DNA of 64,000 nt from Bythopirellula sp. (GCA_965216565.1 OZ244170.1:3712001-3776000), one strand, 5' to 3'; shown: positions 28,811 through 38,982, counted from the stretch's first letter. Numbers and translations: made by a program. Notes: generated from the letters alone by a model not told the origin.

Positions 28811-29977
28811 TCAACGAGTCAACGGCTCAAGTACCGCTAGTGCCGCCTCGTTCTTGCCTGATTGGCAAGGCTCGAGCGCAAGCTGCAGCAATTTAATCTG
28901 TCGTTGCGTAAATGGAATCGCTGATTGTGGGTCGGGAACTTCGGGCACTAGCCGTGTGGCCGCCGCGGTGATCAATTCCGCAATGCTCTCCCCGGTCGTG
29001 GCCGATACGCGGCAGACATCGGCTGCCAAATCGACGGGCGGAGGCGCAAGGTCGATTTTATTAATTACCACCAACAGCTTTTGGGTATCGATTGACAGTC
29101 CCATTGCGTCCGCTTGCCTGGAGACAATTGCTTCGGCGGTGAACTTACCGGCCAAGTCGGAGCAGGTTGCGTCAAGCAGCCAGAGCACCAGATCGGCCTG
29201 TTCTACCTGCTGCCGCGCCAGGTCGATGCCTGCTGATTCTAAAGGATCGTCCGTCGCGTGCATGCCCGCCGTATCGAACAACTCCACCGGCCAACCATCT
29301 AAGGCAGTCGTAGCCGATACCACATCGCGGGTCGTCCCCGGTTGGTCGAAAACAATTGCCCGTTCGTAACCCAAGAGCGCATTGATAAGACTGCTCTTAC
29401 CCACATTGGGCTCCCCAGCAATCACCACCTGCCAAGGCTGCGTCAGATGTAATCCAAACTCGCCTCGGCCCAACAGCGTGGTAATACGCCCCCCAGCCGA
29501 GTCGCCACCGCGACTCACGGAACTCAGCAATTTCTTGATCTCGCGAATCTCTTCTTCCAAACGCCCATGATACTGACGCAGCAAATAGTCCGCCGTTCGC
29601 TGAGTTTTGGCATGACCCAAGGCCAGCTCCGCCTCGTGCTGCAGCAGACTACCTGGTTCGTCCTCTAACCACTCTTCCCATTCGACATGTTCGGCACCGT
29701 CGTCAACCAGGGCAGCGATGATGCGCGCGGGCGATTGATATCCACCGTGGCAATGCACCTCCACCCGCTGATTGGCGAGTGGACAGACAATCAAGTCTTC
29801 CCCCTGCCAGTGGCCATAGGCAATTTTTGAAAGCGGTAGCTCGCTAAGCGGCAAGCCGCTGGCGGAGCGAAAGTGTTTTTCCACGTATTGAATCGCAGCC
29901 GGGCCTCGTACACCCACCACCGCCACAGCGCTGCGACCTTTAGCAGTCAACAGGCAAACCTGTGTGACGTCGCTCAC
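28811..29977 (-). CDS. MnmE/TrmE-like GTPase, short form
   Basis: VEVHCHGG, GEPNVGKSS, GTTRD, DTAG, NKID; lacks the C-terminal FCIGK; GTGA overlap with coaX. Confidence 0.8.
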   Translation of the reverse strand: MSDVTQVCLLTAKGRSAVAVVGVRGPAAIQYVEKHFRSASGLPLSELPLSKIAYGHWQGEDLIVCPLANQRVEVHCHGGYQSPARIIAALVDDGAEHVEWEEWLEDEPGSLLQHEAELALGHAKTQRTADYLLRQYHGRLEEEIREIKKLLSSVSRGGDSAGGRITTLLGRGEFGLHLTQPWQVVIAGEPNVGKSSLINALLGYERAIVFDQPGTTRDVVSATTALDGWPVELFDTAGMHATDDPLESAGIDLARQQVEQADLVLWLLDATCSDLAGKFTAEAIVSRQADAMGLSIDTQKLLVVINKIDLAPPPVDLAADVCRVSATTGESIAELITAAATRLVPEVPDPQSAIPFTQRQIKLLQLALEPCQSGKNEAALAVLEPLTR

Positions 29978-30828
29978 GCTTGCTCCCTGGCGATTGTGCA
30001 AATCGTCGACAGAATCATGTGCGGAATGTGCTTAGCAGGTCCCGCCTTCGTGCCCAAATGAGGAACGATCGCAGCCACGCCTCCGCCGGTGACAAATAGT
30101 TGGGGAGCCACTTCGCACTGCTCCGCGATGCGGGTCACTAACTCGGAGATGGCACCCACAGCGCCCCAATGCAACCCCGAGGCAATCGCTTCCTCGGTGT
30201 TCTTGCCAACCACTGGAATTGTTTGGTTGGCATCGATTTGATCGAGTTCCGGCAAACTGGCCGTGGCAACGTGCAGAGCGCGAGCCGAGAGCGTCATCCC
30301 CGGCAAGATAGTTCCACCTTCGAATGCTCCATCCGCAGCCACCAAATCCACTGTGCCCGCGGTACCCAGGTCGACCACAATGGCCGGCGACTTCTGATCG
30401 CGAAGCCGATTCACGGCAACCGCGTTAAGCAATCGATCGATGCCAACTTTTTCGGGAGCGTCGACCCGAATCTCCAGCGGTAGATCGCGATAGCTGAGTT
30501 TGCGGGGCGAGTTCCAGCCGAGATCGCTAAACAGCTCCAGCAGGGGCGATTCAATATTAGGTCGCACCGAAGCCAGCACGACTTCTAGCTCTTCCAAGAT
30601 TTCTTGCTCAAGCCAGTGGCGAATCGCTGCCAGGCCACGCTCGCGGTTCTCCTCGCTACAGTCCACAGCCAAATGAAGTGTCGGCTCGGGCAACTTAGGC
30701 GCGGCGATGGGCAGTTCCGTCGCTGGCTTGTCCTCACACGCGCTCAGCGGGGCGAACCAGCCTAGCTTAGTGCGACTACTCCCTACATCAATTGCCAGAA
30801 TCCCGCCGATGGTGTCCGTGCCGCTCAT
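29974..30828 (-). CDS. coaX: Type III pantothenate kinase
   Basis: AIDVGSSRTKLG, GIDR, VDLGTA and GGTILPG motifs. Confidence 0.92.
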   Translation of the reverse strand: MSGTDTIGGILAIDVGSSRTKLGWFAPLSACEDKPATELPIAAPKLPEPTLHLAVDCSEENRERGLAAIRHWLEQEILEELEVVLASVRPNIESPLLELFSDLGWNSPRKLSYRDLPLEIRVDAPEKVGIDRLLNAVAVNRLRDQKSPAIVVDLGTAGTVDLVAADGAFEGGTILPGMTLSARALHVATASLPELDQIDANQTIPVVGKNTEEAIASGLHWGAVGAISELVTRIAEQCEVAPQLFVTGGGVAAIVPHLGTKAGPAKHIPHMILSTICTIAREQA

Positions 30829-31826
30829 ACCGACTGCCGCTCTTGGATCAAAAGATCGTGGGCTCGTCGCACCAATTCGTTGAGCCCCTGTCCGGTGACT
30901 GAGGAAAATAACATCACTTCTCGGCCTATCGACTGGGCCAACTGTTCGCGAATCTCCTCTGCCTCAGGAATCTCAGCTTTACTAACCGCGGCGATCTCAG
31001 GGCGGCTTGCTAGGTCTGCATCGTACTGCTCGATCTCATCTCGAATCGCACGATAGTTTTCCACCGGATCGCTACCGTCCATCGGCAATGGTTCCACGAG
31101 ATGCACCAACACGCGAGTCCGCTCGACGTGGCGGAGGAACTCGTGACCAAGTCCAGCACCTTCGTGGGCACCTTCGATTAATCCCGGAATGTCGGCCATC
31201 ACAAAGCTGCTGTCTCGATCGACTTGCACAATGCCGAGGTTGGGAATTTTCGTGGTGAACGGATAGTCGGCAATCTCCGGCCGAGCCCGCGAGACACGGC
31301 TCAAAAGAGTGCTCTTGCCGGCATTGGGTTTGCCGAGCAGGCCGACGTCGGCGATCACTTTCAGTTCAAGAGAAATCCGCCGCTCTTCGGCTGCGCCGCC
31401 CCGAGTTGCTTCGCGAGGCACTTGGTTCGTGGAAGACTTGAATCGCGTGTTCCCTTTACCACCCTTCCCACCGTGAGCCGCCACCACGCTATCGCCCGGT
31501 TCAGCCAGGTCCTTCAGCACGAAGTCGCCCTTGGTATCGATAATCACCGTGCCGGGCGGAACGTAGATCGTCAGGTCATCGGCATTCGCCCCATGGCGGT
31601 TGTTGCCTGAGCCCGAGGCCCCCGGCTTGGCTCGCCAATGTTTGCGATGGACCAATGGCGAAAGCGTATCGACGCCCTCCTTGGCCACGATGTTCACACT
31701 CCCACCGTTTCCGCCATCACCGCCATCGGGCCCGCCTCGAGGAACGAACTTCTCACGGCGGAAGCTCACGCAACCGTCACCACCCCGGCCAGCTTGGACA
31801 TCAATAGTTACGCGATCAACAAACAT
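30825..31826 (-). CDS. obgE: GTPase ObgE
   Basis: MFVDRV..GRGGDG..SFRREKFVPRGGPDGGDGG, GKPNAGKS, YPFTT and DIPG motifs. Confidence 0.97.
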   Translation of the reverse strand: MFVDRVTIDVQAGRGGDGCVSFRREKFVPRGGPDGGDGGNGGSVNIVAKEGVDTLSPLVHRKHWRAKPGASGSGNNRHGANADDLTIYVPPGTVIIDTKGDFVLKDLAEPGDSVVAAHGGKGGKGNTRFKSSTNQVPREATRGGAAEERRISLELKVIADVGLLGKPNAGKSTLLSRVSRARPEIADYPFTTKIPNLGIVQVDRDSSFVMADIPGLIEGAHEGAGLGHEFLRHVERTRVLVHLVEPLPMDGSDPVENYRAIRDEIEQYDADLASRPEIAAVSKAEIPEAEEIREQLAQSIGREVMLFSSVTGQGLNELVRRAHDLLIQERQSV

Positions 31827-31876
31827 CGTGGGGAGTGAGCTGGATTTGATTCAGTTTTAGTGAGTAGCGAAACAGG

Positions 31877-31993
31877 TCCCTCTCCCCCGTGGGGAAAGGT
31901 TCGATGAGGGGCGAAGTCGGTTAGGGATCAACCCTCCCCTAACCCCTCCTCTCCAAAGGCGAGTCGCCGAGGCGACCTTGCAAAGGAGGGGGA
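31877..31993. repeat. Two CCCTCTCCC-family REP copies in inverted arrangement
   Basis: TCCCTCTCCCCCGTGGGGAAAGG..GAGGGG and CCCTCCCCTAACCCCTCCT...AGGAGGGGA. Confidence 0.7.
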
Positions 31994-32029
31994 TTTTCAA
32001 CTTTCTTAGAAGTAGATTTTCCAATAAAC

Positions 32030-32062
32030 AAAAAAGGATGCACCCAAATCGGCGCATCCCTT
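32030..32062 (-). terminator. Intrinsic terminator after rpmA
   Basis: Minus strand GGATGCGCC-GATTTG-GGTGCATCC followed by TTTTTT. Confidence 0.7.
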
Positions 32063-32108
32063 GGTTCAAACCTTCTCTAGACTCTGGTCTCTAGACTCTT
32101 GCTCTCAA

Positions 32109-32357
32109 TTATGCCGATTGAACGATGTTGATCCGTCGTCCCTTGCGGTCGAACATCACTTGTCCGTCGACGAGCGCAAACAAGGTGTAATCCTTGCCCT
32201 GGCCCACTCCACTGCCGGGGTGATACTTGTTGCCAACCTGGCGAATGAGAATATTACCGGCCTCGACCTTTTCGCCGCCGAACTTCTTCACACCACGTCG
32301 CTGAGCATTGGAGTCGCGACCGTTACGGCTAGACCCCTGACCTTTTTTATGAGCCAT
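32109..32357 (-). CDS. rpmA: 50S ribosomal protein L27
   Basis: [16 protein letters not shown]. Confidence 0.98.
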   Translation of the reverse strand: MAHKKGQGSSRNGRDSNAQRRGVKKFGGEKVEAGNILIRQVGNKYHPGSGVGQGKDYTLFALVDGQVMFDRKGRRINIVQSA

Positions 32358-32450
32358 TGTACTTTCACCCCCTTCAACTGGGGTGCCTACCATCTACTTA
32401 GGGCAATAAAACTGCGGAAATCAATCCCCCAGTTTAGCAAGTCAGATAGC

Positions 32451-33428
32451 TTAGCGGTAGACCCAGCGATAAGCAACGCCTTCGCCCGTGCCGTAGTACT
32501 CGGCATAGCCAGGAGCCACGCCAAAGCGGATTTCCCGCTCGTTTTCGGCCAAAGTATCGCCCGGACGCCAGAAATTGAGCTGGAGCATTTTGCGGAAAAA
32601 CCGCCGCCCCTTACCGAAAGAATCGCCAGCCTGGAAGGCCTCGGGGTTGTCTTTCCAGCGATAGGCATTCGTGAGGCCATTGACGTAGACGCTCAGAAAA
32701 TCGATCGAGGGGTCGACATCTTCCCAGATAGCGACGCCCCACAGCCCACCGACCGATCGACCACTCTCGACAGCTAGCAGCGATTCAGAAATCTCTGCAC
32801 TGTTGAGCAAACTGTTTCCAGAAAACTCGCGCTCTTCAATCACCGGCACTGCCGCAGGCAGCACCCGATCGAGGTACGCTTTGCGGATCGGTTTGCCTTG
32901 GGCATCGCGATCTCGACTGGTCAGGATAAATTGCGGAACAAAGCGGTGCGGCTCCGGGGCCACTTCTCCGGTCTTGAAACTCCCGTCTGCTTGCTCTTCG
33001 GGGCCCAGCGTGGCGCCGGTGTTCCTCACCCGATAGACCATGTACCAAATCAACTTACGCTGCATCCGGCCCGAGGGCTGTGGCACGTCGACGTAAACCA
33101 TTCTTAACGGCTTGAACGACAACTCCAAACACCAGACGTCCCGTCGATAACGAACGTCCTTGGCCATCTCGTAAAGTGTACGGCTCTCTGTGTCGTAGTT
33201 AGGTTTCCGTTGGAGCGACTTGTCGGCGAGCAACTCAATCACATCGTGTTTGCCGACGGTGTCTTCTGGATCGATGTCTGGCTCGATAGTAGTGACCACT
33301 CCCGCAGCAAACCGCGATTCTCCAGACTGCGCAGCCGCCTGGGCGTTTGCCGGATTTTCGACAGCAACCAGGGAGAGTCCCCCGAGGAGGATTGTGGCGC
33401 AAACTAAGCGGGGAATAAATCGTGACAT
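32451..33428 (-). CDS. Exported hypothetical protein
   Basis: 325-aa ORF with a clear signal peptide (ANA-Q cleavage site). Confidence 0.75.
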   Translation of the reverse strand: MSRFIPRLVCATILLGGLSLVAVENPANAQAAAQSGESRFAAGVVTTIEPDIDPEDTVGKHDVIELLADKSLQRKPNYDTESRTLYEMAKDVRYRRDVWCLELSFKPLRMVYVDVPQPSGRMQRKLIWYMVYRVRNTGATLGPEEQADGSFKTGEVAPEPHRFVPQFILTSRDRDAQGKPIRKAYLDRVLPAAVPVIEEREFSGNSLLNSAEISESLLAVESGRSVGGLWGVAIWEDVDPSIDFLSVYVNGLTNAYRWKDNPEAFQAGDSFGKGRRFFRKMLQLNFWRPGDTLAENEREIRFGVAPGYAEYYGTGEGVAYRWVYR

Positions 33429-33593
33429 GGAGGGTCTCAGCCGGTAAGAGGCAAATACAAAGGTGTATATGCAGTATAAGTACCGGCAAGCCAGGCGGCA
33501 AATTTTAGAGTGTCGGAGGCCCTATATTCGGCACAGCCAGTGCAGGTGTCAGCTAAGCCGCAGGAGTAGGATGTATCGAAGCCGTGAGCATCC

Positions 33594-34319
33594 CTACCTG
33601 TGAAGGGTGCCATTTTCTGGCCTGCCTAGCAGTGGCACCCGGCGAGAAATCGAAATCCCAATTGCAACGATCACGAAACTAGCAGTAGTAGGTTCCGGAA
33701 TCGTAGGAAACTCGACGACAAAGCTCGAAACTGGCAATCCAAACATCGCAGCTTCATCGTTCCACGCAAGTTCGTCACCAGGCAGAAAACGTGGATCTAG
33801 TATATGCGTGTAAATTTCTGGAAATCCTCCCCTCCCAGAATAATCGTTAGGTTCTCCGGGTGCCCAATCTGTGAAATCAAACGGCTCGCCTGTCACCCAA
33901 CTCCAACCGACCGCAGGATCAATTGTTTCGAGCGTCCGGATTCCGCCAATCCACCAACCTGTTCCTAGGTTGAAACGTAGAGTTCCATCAGGACCTTCCG
34001 CCACAAAAGGCGAATCCATAATCAATTGTTCAATGAATTCATTTTCTTCAGCGGAAGTGATCGACGCTAGATCCCCTCCAAAGGCCAATGCTGCATTTCT
34101 TGCTTCTTCCCAAGAGACTCTGTCTTCCTCACTCCGACACGATGGCCTCCTCCTCCCATTACCACAAAAATGCACAACCTGGTAGCGATGATCGTTGCCT
34201 CCCCTTTCGGTCCTCCATAACTTAGCCGGTGACCTAGTCAATTCTGCTAGCGTTGGACTTAACGAAAGCATTGAAAACCCAAGGACGATTAAAGGGATGT
34301 AGACGGTTTTTGTCATCAT
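33594..34319 (-). CDS. C-type lectin-like domain protein with PEP-CTERM sorting signal
   Basis: SWEEAR, GGDLASITSAEEN, WWIGG, WAPGEPN, WND; C-terminal IPEPT + TM + RR. Confidence 0.88.
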   Translation of the reverse strand: MMTKTVYIPLIVLGFSMLSLSPTLAELTRSPAKLWRTERGGNDHRYQVVHFCGNGRRRPSCRSEEDRVSWEEARNAALAFGGDLASITSAEENEFIEQLIMDSPFVAEGPDGTLRFNLGTGWWIGGIRTLETIDPAVGWSWVTGEPFDFTDWAPGEPNDYSGRGGFPEIYTHILDPRFLPGDELAWNDEAAMFGLPVSSFVVEFPTIPEPTTASFVIVAIGISISRRVPLLGRPENGTLHR

Positions 34320-34330
34320 CGATGTGGATT

Positions 34331-34422
34331 GCCAAACGAAAAAAAGTCGCCGCGAATCCCACGCTAGTCACCTTCCCAGGAAAGATGAGCGCTAGGTTTC
34401 GCGGCGACTTTTTTTCGTTGGC
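34331..34422. terminator. Long bidirectional terminator-like hairpin in the leader of the lectin gene
   Basis: 22-bp perfect IR 34335-34356/34398-34419 including A7 and T7 tracts. Confidence 0.65.
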
Positions 34423-34504
34423 GTTTCTCTTGTGGACTAATTGTTTAACCGGGCTTTATTGTAGCTGCAGCTGCTGTCCGTGGCCAGAGATTCGACACCC
34501 CCCA

Positions 34505-34552
34505 TAAAAACATCGGCCCCGCGCACCTACTGGGGGTTCAGGCGCACGGGGC
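34505..34552 (-). terminator. Probable terminator after the EF-hand gene
   Basis: Minus strand GCCCCGTGCGCCT...AGGTGCGCGGGGC then GATGTTTTT. Confidence 0.55.
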
Positions 34553-34588
34553 ACGACGAATACAGCCGAGCTATTTGGGAGGTTGGAC

Positions 34589-35524
34589 CTAAACCGACTG
34601 TTCCTTGAAGGACGACTCGGCAGTTGGCTCGGCATTACCGAAATCGGGGCCCGGTCCACCACGGCGTTTTCCTTTGCGTGGGCGGCCTTCTCGATCGCCT
34701 TCCGGCGGAGGTCCAGGAGGCCCAAACTCACCTCGACCGCGACCTTGACGCCCTCGGCGAGCTTTCATCTCTTGGGCCAACTCCTTGAATTCGTCGAGGC
34801 TCAATTGACCGTCTTCATTGGCATCGAAGTCTTGGAATACTTGCTCCGGGTCGGGGGGGCCCATGGGTCCGCCTTCGGGACCTCTTGGTCCGCCGCGCTG
34901 CCGCTTCTTGCCTTTCGCTCCCTTACCCTTGCCTTTTCCTTTGTCGCCTTTTCTCAAATCACGGCCCCGCTCACGTGCCCGATCGCGAGGACCACGTTCA
35001 CGCTCGCCATCCTCGACCGAATCTTGATTTTGAAGTGGGCGGAAGCGATCTCCATCGAAACCCTCGCCACGCGGACCACGCCGGGGTCGATCTGCGCCCT
35101 CAGGTGGAGGTCCTGGTCGATCGCCGCGACGTCCACGCTCGCCTCGAGGTCCACCTTCGCCGGGAGCACCGAAACGCTCGCGCATTTTTCGCACGGCTTT
35201 GGCGAGCTCCATAAACTCGTCTCGGCTGAGGTGGTCGTCGCCATCGGCATCGAACATTTCAAACATTTGCTCGGGATCGCCACCCGGCCGTGGCCCACCT
35301 TCGCGTCCTTTGCGACCGCCCCGCTGTTCGCGAGCAGTGGCACGTTCGTCGTCGCTCAGCTGGCCGTCTCCGTCGGCATCAAAACGCTCAATCATTCTTT
35401 CGCGAATCTGGGAACGATCTGGACGGTCCGCGGCCCCCTGGTCCGTACTGTCGTCGGCACAGGTGACCGATCCTGTGAGTGATAAAACCGCTACGAGGGT
35501 CAGTAGAGTGTGGATCTGTTTCAT
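34589..35524 (-). CDS. Exported EF-hand protein with Gly/Arg/Pro-rich low-complexity linkers
   Basis: Signal peptide; FDADGDGQLSDDE, FDADGDDHLSRDE and FDANEDGQLSLDE. Confidence 0.88.
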   Translation of the reverse strand: MKQIHTLLTLVAVLSLTGSVTCADDSTDQGAADRPDRSQIRERMIERFDADGDGQLSDDERATAREQRGGRKGREGGPRPGGDPEQMFEMFDADGDDHLSRDEFMELAKAVRKMRERFGAPGEGGPRGERGRRGDRPGPPPEGADRPRRGPRGEGFDGDRFRPLQNQDSVEDGERERGPRDRARERGRDLRKGDKGKGKGKGAKGKKRQRGGPRGPEGGPMGPPDPEQVFQDFDANEDGQLSLDEFKELAQEMKARRGRQGRGRGEFGPPGPPPEGDREGRPRKGKRRGGPGPDFGNAEPTAESSFKEQSV

Positions 35525-35743
35525 GGGATTATGCTCGCTTGTTGGATGGCGACGTTTTGTCACGAAAAGCAACGTCTCTACCTACTAAACTCCACAGGGC
35601 GTTGGGAGTTTCGTGAGGAGGGCAAAAAACAGAGATTTTCTCCCTGGGACTTCGGCTAGCCCAGGTATCCCTAGGGAGGGGCGGTAGCGTAGAATGCTGA
35701 GCTCTCAGAAACCCTTAATCACCGCTCCGATTGACCTCGCGTT

Positions 35744-37603
35744 ATGGACCACCCTGCCATCTATCTGGCCTCTGTTTTGGGCCTGGGAATTGCCGCCCAG
35801 TGGGTCGCCTGGCGATTTCGTCTGCCTGCCATCGTTCTGCTGCTGCTGTTTGGCGTGCTGATGGGCAAGTTTGGCCCGCAGCTATCCTCGGATTCGGACG
35901 AGGGATTTTTCTTTGCCGCCATCTCGTTGGCCGTTGGAATCATCCTGTTCGAAGGTGGATTGACGCTGAACTTCAAGGAGCTGGGGGGGTCGGGTGCCGT
36001 CGTATTCCGGCTGGTGACGGTGGGACTGGTGATTACCTGGCTCTTTACCGCTTGGCTCGCCTACAACGTGGTCGAGTTCTCCCTGCCGATGTCGTTCCTC
36101 TTGGGAGCATTGCTGACGGTCAGCGGGCCGACGGTCGTGCTGCCACTCTTGAGGCATGTGCAACCGGTGCGTCGCATCGGCACACTCGCTAAATGGGAAG
36201 GCATCGTCAACGATCCCATCGGCGCGGTGCTGGCCGCGTTGGTGTTCGAAGTTATCCTGCACCATCCGGGCGAGGAATTTTCCAGCAGCTGGTTGACTGG
36301 CCTGGGGACCACCCTCTTCTACTCCATCCTGCTAAGCTGCGCCAGCGGATGGCTATTGCTGCAATTGCTCAAACGCTATTGGGTGCCCGACTACCTGCAA
36401 AACCCGGTCATCCTGTCCTGGGTCATCCTGGTGTTTGCCATTTCGAATCAACTCGCTCACGAGTCGGGATTGGTGACGGTCACTCTGCTGGGTCTGATTC
36501 TCGGAAATCAACGCACCGTGGCCGTTCGGCATATCATAGAGTTCAAGGAAAACTTGAGCGTGCTGTTGATCTCCACGTTGTTCATCGTGCTTTCGTCGCG
36601 ACTGAAAGTCGATGCTGCGGCACTGGAAATGCTTGGCTGGGAAAGCGTGCTCTTCGTTGTGCTACTCATCCTATTGGTGCGTCCCATCGCAGTTTTCGTT
36701 TCTACTTTTGGCAGCAATCTACCTTGGCAAGAACGGGCTTTCCTGGCTTGGGTGCATCCACGCGGAATCGTGGCGGCGGCCGTCAGCTCCCTCTTCGCCT
36801 TGGAGATCGTGTTGGAAAGCGAGCACGGGGGGCTGGATCTCCTAGCTTCTGAAGCAGACCGTTTCGTACTGATCACCTTCTTCGTGATCGTCGCTACAGT
36901 GACGACCTACGGATTGACTTTGGCTCCGTTGGCCCGATTGTTGGGACTCTCCGGTGAAAACCCCCAGGGCATCATCTTTGCCGGTGCCTCGCCGGCGGTT
37001 CGCGAGATCGCCATGTCCGTGCAGGAAGAAGGCTTCACGGTCCTGCTGGTCGACACCAATCCTCGCAACAATGCCGCGGCCCGCATGGCAGGGCTCAATG
37101 TCTCCTACGCCAGTATCGGCAGCGAATTTGTCCAGGAAGAAATCGATCTCGGCGGCATCGGACGACTATTGGCCATGACGAGCAACGACGAAGTGAACAC
37201 TCTAGCCGCGATCGGCTTCATCGAACGATTTGGTCGCGCGGAGGTCTATCAGGTCGAAGTCTCTGCGGCCTCGAGTGATCGTACCGAAACCGTCGGCGCG
37301 TATCGCACGGGTCGTACGCTGTTCGACAAGCCGGTCACCATCGAAGAACTCGAAGAACGATTCCGCCAGGGTCAGGTCGTCAAGAAGACGCTGCTTACCA
37401 ATGACTTCACCTACGACGATTTCCTCGCTCGTTATGGCGAGAAAGCGCTCGTGCTGTTTTGCACAGACACAACGGGCAAGTTCCTCATTGTGGCTACGGG
37501 CGAGACTGACATGGCACCACGGCCTGGCCAGAAAGTCTTTGCTTTGGTGGACGCAGGAGATAATAACTCGTCCGACAGCATTTCCTCGAAGGCTACCTCA
37601 TGA
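35744..37603 (+). CDS. CPA1 cation/proton antiporter with C-terminal TrkA-N-like domain
   Basis: ILFEGGL, GPTVV, WEGIVNDP, PRGIVAAA; cytoplasmic Rossmann-like tail. Confidence 0.9.
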   Translation: MDHPAIYLASVLGLGIAAQWVAWRFRLPAIVLLLLFGVLMGKFGPQLSSDSDEGFFFAAISLAVGIILFEGGLTLNFKELGGSGAVVFRLVTVGLVITWLFTAWLAYNVVEFSLPMSFLLGALLTVSGPTVVLPLLRHVQPVRRIGTLAKWEGIVNDPIGAVLAALVFEVILHHPGEEFSSSWLTGLGTTLFYSILLSCASGWLLLQLLKRYWVPDYLQNPVILSWVILVFAISNQLAHESGLVTVTLLGLILGNQRTVAVRHIIEFKENLSVLLISTLFIVLSSRLKVDAAALEMLGWESVLFVVLLILLVRPIAVFVSTFGSNLPWQERAFLAWVHPRGIVAAAVSSLFALEIVLESEHGGLDLLASEADRFVLITFFVIVATVTTYGLTLAPLARLLGLSGENPQGIIFAGASPAVREIAMSVQEEGFTVLLVDTNPRNNAAARMAGLNVSYASIGSEFVQEEIDLGGIGRLLAMTSNDEVNTLAAIGFIERFGRAEVYQVEVSAASSDRTETVGAYRTGRTLFDKPVTIEELEERFRQGQVVKKTLLTNDFTYDDFLARYGEKALVLFCTDTTGKFLIVATGETDMAPRPGQKVFALVDAGDNNSSDSISSKATS

Positions 37604-38982
37604 AGACCACATTGCTCTGCTCGATGTTGATATTTGAATTGTGCCAGTTGTCTCAAGCAAATGCACAGGCAGTGGCCGAGCTCAAGGAACCGCGGCAAAC
37701 GGATTCCTCGCAAGCGCTCGAAGAGTACCTAGCCAAGCCCGATGATACCTACCGCTGGAAGAAGATACGCGGCGGCACGTTCGAGGATGCCAAGTACGTC
37801 GAACTCATTCTGCACTCGCAGTCGTGGCGAGAAATCACATGGAAGCATCAGCTCTGGATTCTTCGACCCAAGAAAGTCACCAGCGAGCAGGCGGTGCTGC
37901 TGATTACTGGTGGAACCTGGTCTGATGAACTAGAAGAAGCTGACTACCCCACCGAAATCCCGGGGCAATTAAAGTACCTGGCCAATCTGGCTCGGGAAAT
38001 CGAAGCGCCGGTCGCCGTGATTATGCAGGTGCCCAATCAGCCGCTGTTCGATGGAATGGTGGAAGACAATCTTATCTCGTACACCTTTGAACAGTTCATG
38101 GTCACCGGCGAGGCGGACTGGCCGCTGTTGCTACCCATGGTGAAGAGTGCCATTCGGGCCATGGACGCAATCGAGGAATACTGCGAGAAGTTTTGGCTCC
38201 TGCCGATTGAATCCTTCACTGTCACGGGAGCTTCGAAGCGGGGCTGGACCACGTGGCTCACCGGCGCCAGCGATTCGCGCGTGAATGCCATTGCCCCGAT
38301 GGTCATCGACATCCTCAATATGTCGCCCCAAATGGATCATCAGCTGGAAGTTTGGGGCGATTTCTCAAAGGAAATCAGCGAATACACCTCGCGAGGCCTG
38401 CACGATATCCTACCCACGCCTGGAGGACAAAAACTTGCCGCCGTTGTCGATCCCTATTCTTATCGCAAGTCGCTCACGATGCCCAAGCTCATCATCAACG
38501 GCACCAACGATCCCTACTGGCCTGTGGATGCGCTGAACTTTTATTGGGAGGGACTTCCCAGCCAAAAATATGCGCTCTACGTGCCAAACGGTGGCCATGG
38601 ATTTGAGAGTTATGACCGAGTGCTGGGCGGCATCGCGGCGCTGCATTGCCAGGCAGACGGCCAGCAGGACCTCCCAAAGATTACGTACAGTTTCCAGGAA
38701 GACGGAGATTCGATTCGTCTCACGATCGCGTCGGACCAACCGGTCGATCTCTGCCAGGTCTGGCAAGCCGATGCCCCGCAGCGGGACTTCCGTGCCTCCA
38801 ATTGGAATGCGACAGAACTCTCTGGCAACGGGAAGAAGTATGAGCATGTGTTTCAAAAGCCTGCGACCGGTTCGCTCGCCGTGTTCGGCGAACTAATTTA
38901 TCGCGACCGAGGTTTTCCACTCTATCTTTCCACCAACATGCACGTGGAAGTGAGCGAAGCGACTGCGAACGAGGCAAAGTAG
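37600..38982 (+). CDS. PqaA-family (PhoPQ-activated pathogenicity-related) alpha/beta hydrolase-like protein
   Basis: QVPNQP, PMVKSA.RAMD, GASKRGWTTW and DPY motifs. Confidence 0.85.
   Translation: MKTTLLCSMLIFELCQLSQANAQAVAELKEPRQTDSSQALEEYLAKPDDTYRWKKIRGGTFEDAKYVELILHSQSWREITWKHQLWILRPKKVTSEQAVLLITGGTWSDELEEADYPTEIPGQLKYLANLAREIEAPVAVIMQVPNQPLFDGMVEDNLISYTFEQFMVTGEADWPLLLPMVKSAIRAMDAIEEYCEKFWLLPIESFTVTGASKRGWTTWLTGASDSRVNAIAPMVIDILNMSPQMDHQLEVWGDFSKEISEYTSRGLHDILPTPGGQKLAAVVDPYSYRKSLTMPKLIINGTNDPYWPVDALNFYWEGLPSQKYALYVPNGGHGFESYDRVLGGIAALHCQADGQQDLPKITYSFQEDGDSIRLTIASDQPVDLCQVWQADAPQRDFRASNWNATELSGNGKKYEHVFQKPATGSLAVFGELIYRDRGFPLYLSTNMHVEVSEATANEAK

Noticed and set aside
28029..29369. 446-aa plus-strand ORF
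   Set aside because: Antisense to the sulfatase and MnmE-like genes; no recognisable features.
34583..35482. 299-aa plus-strand ORF
   Set aside because: Antisense shadow of the low-complexity EF-hand gene; no motifs.
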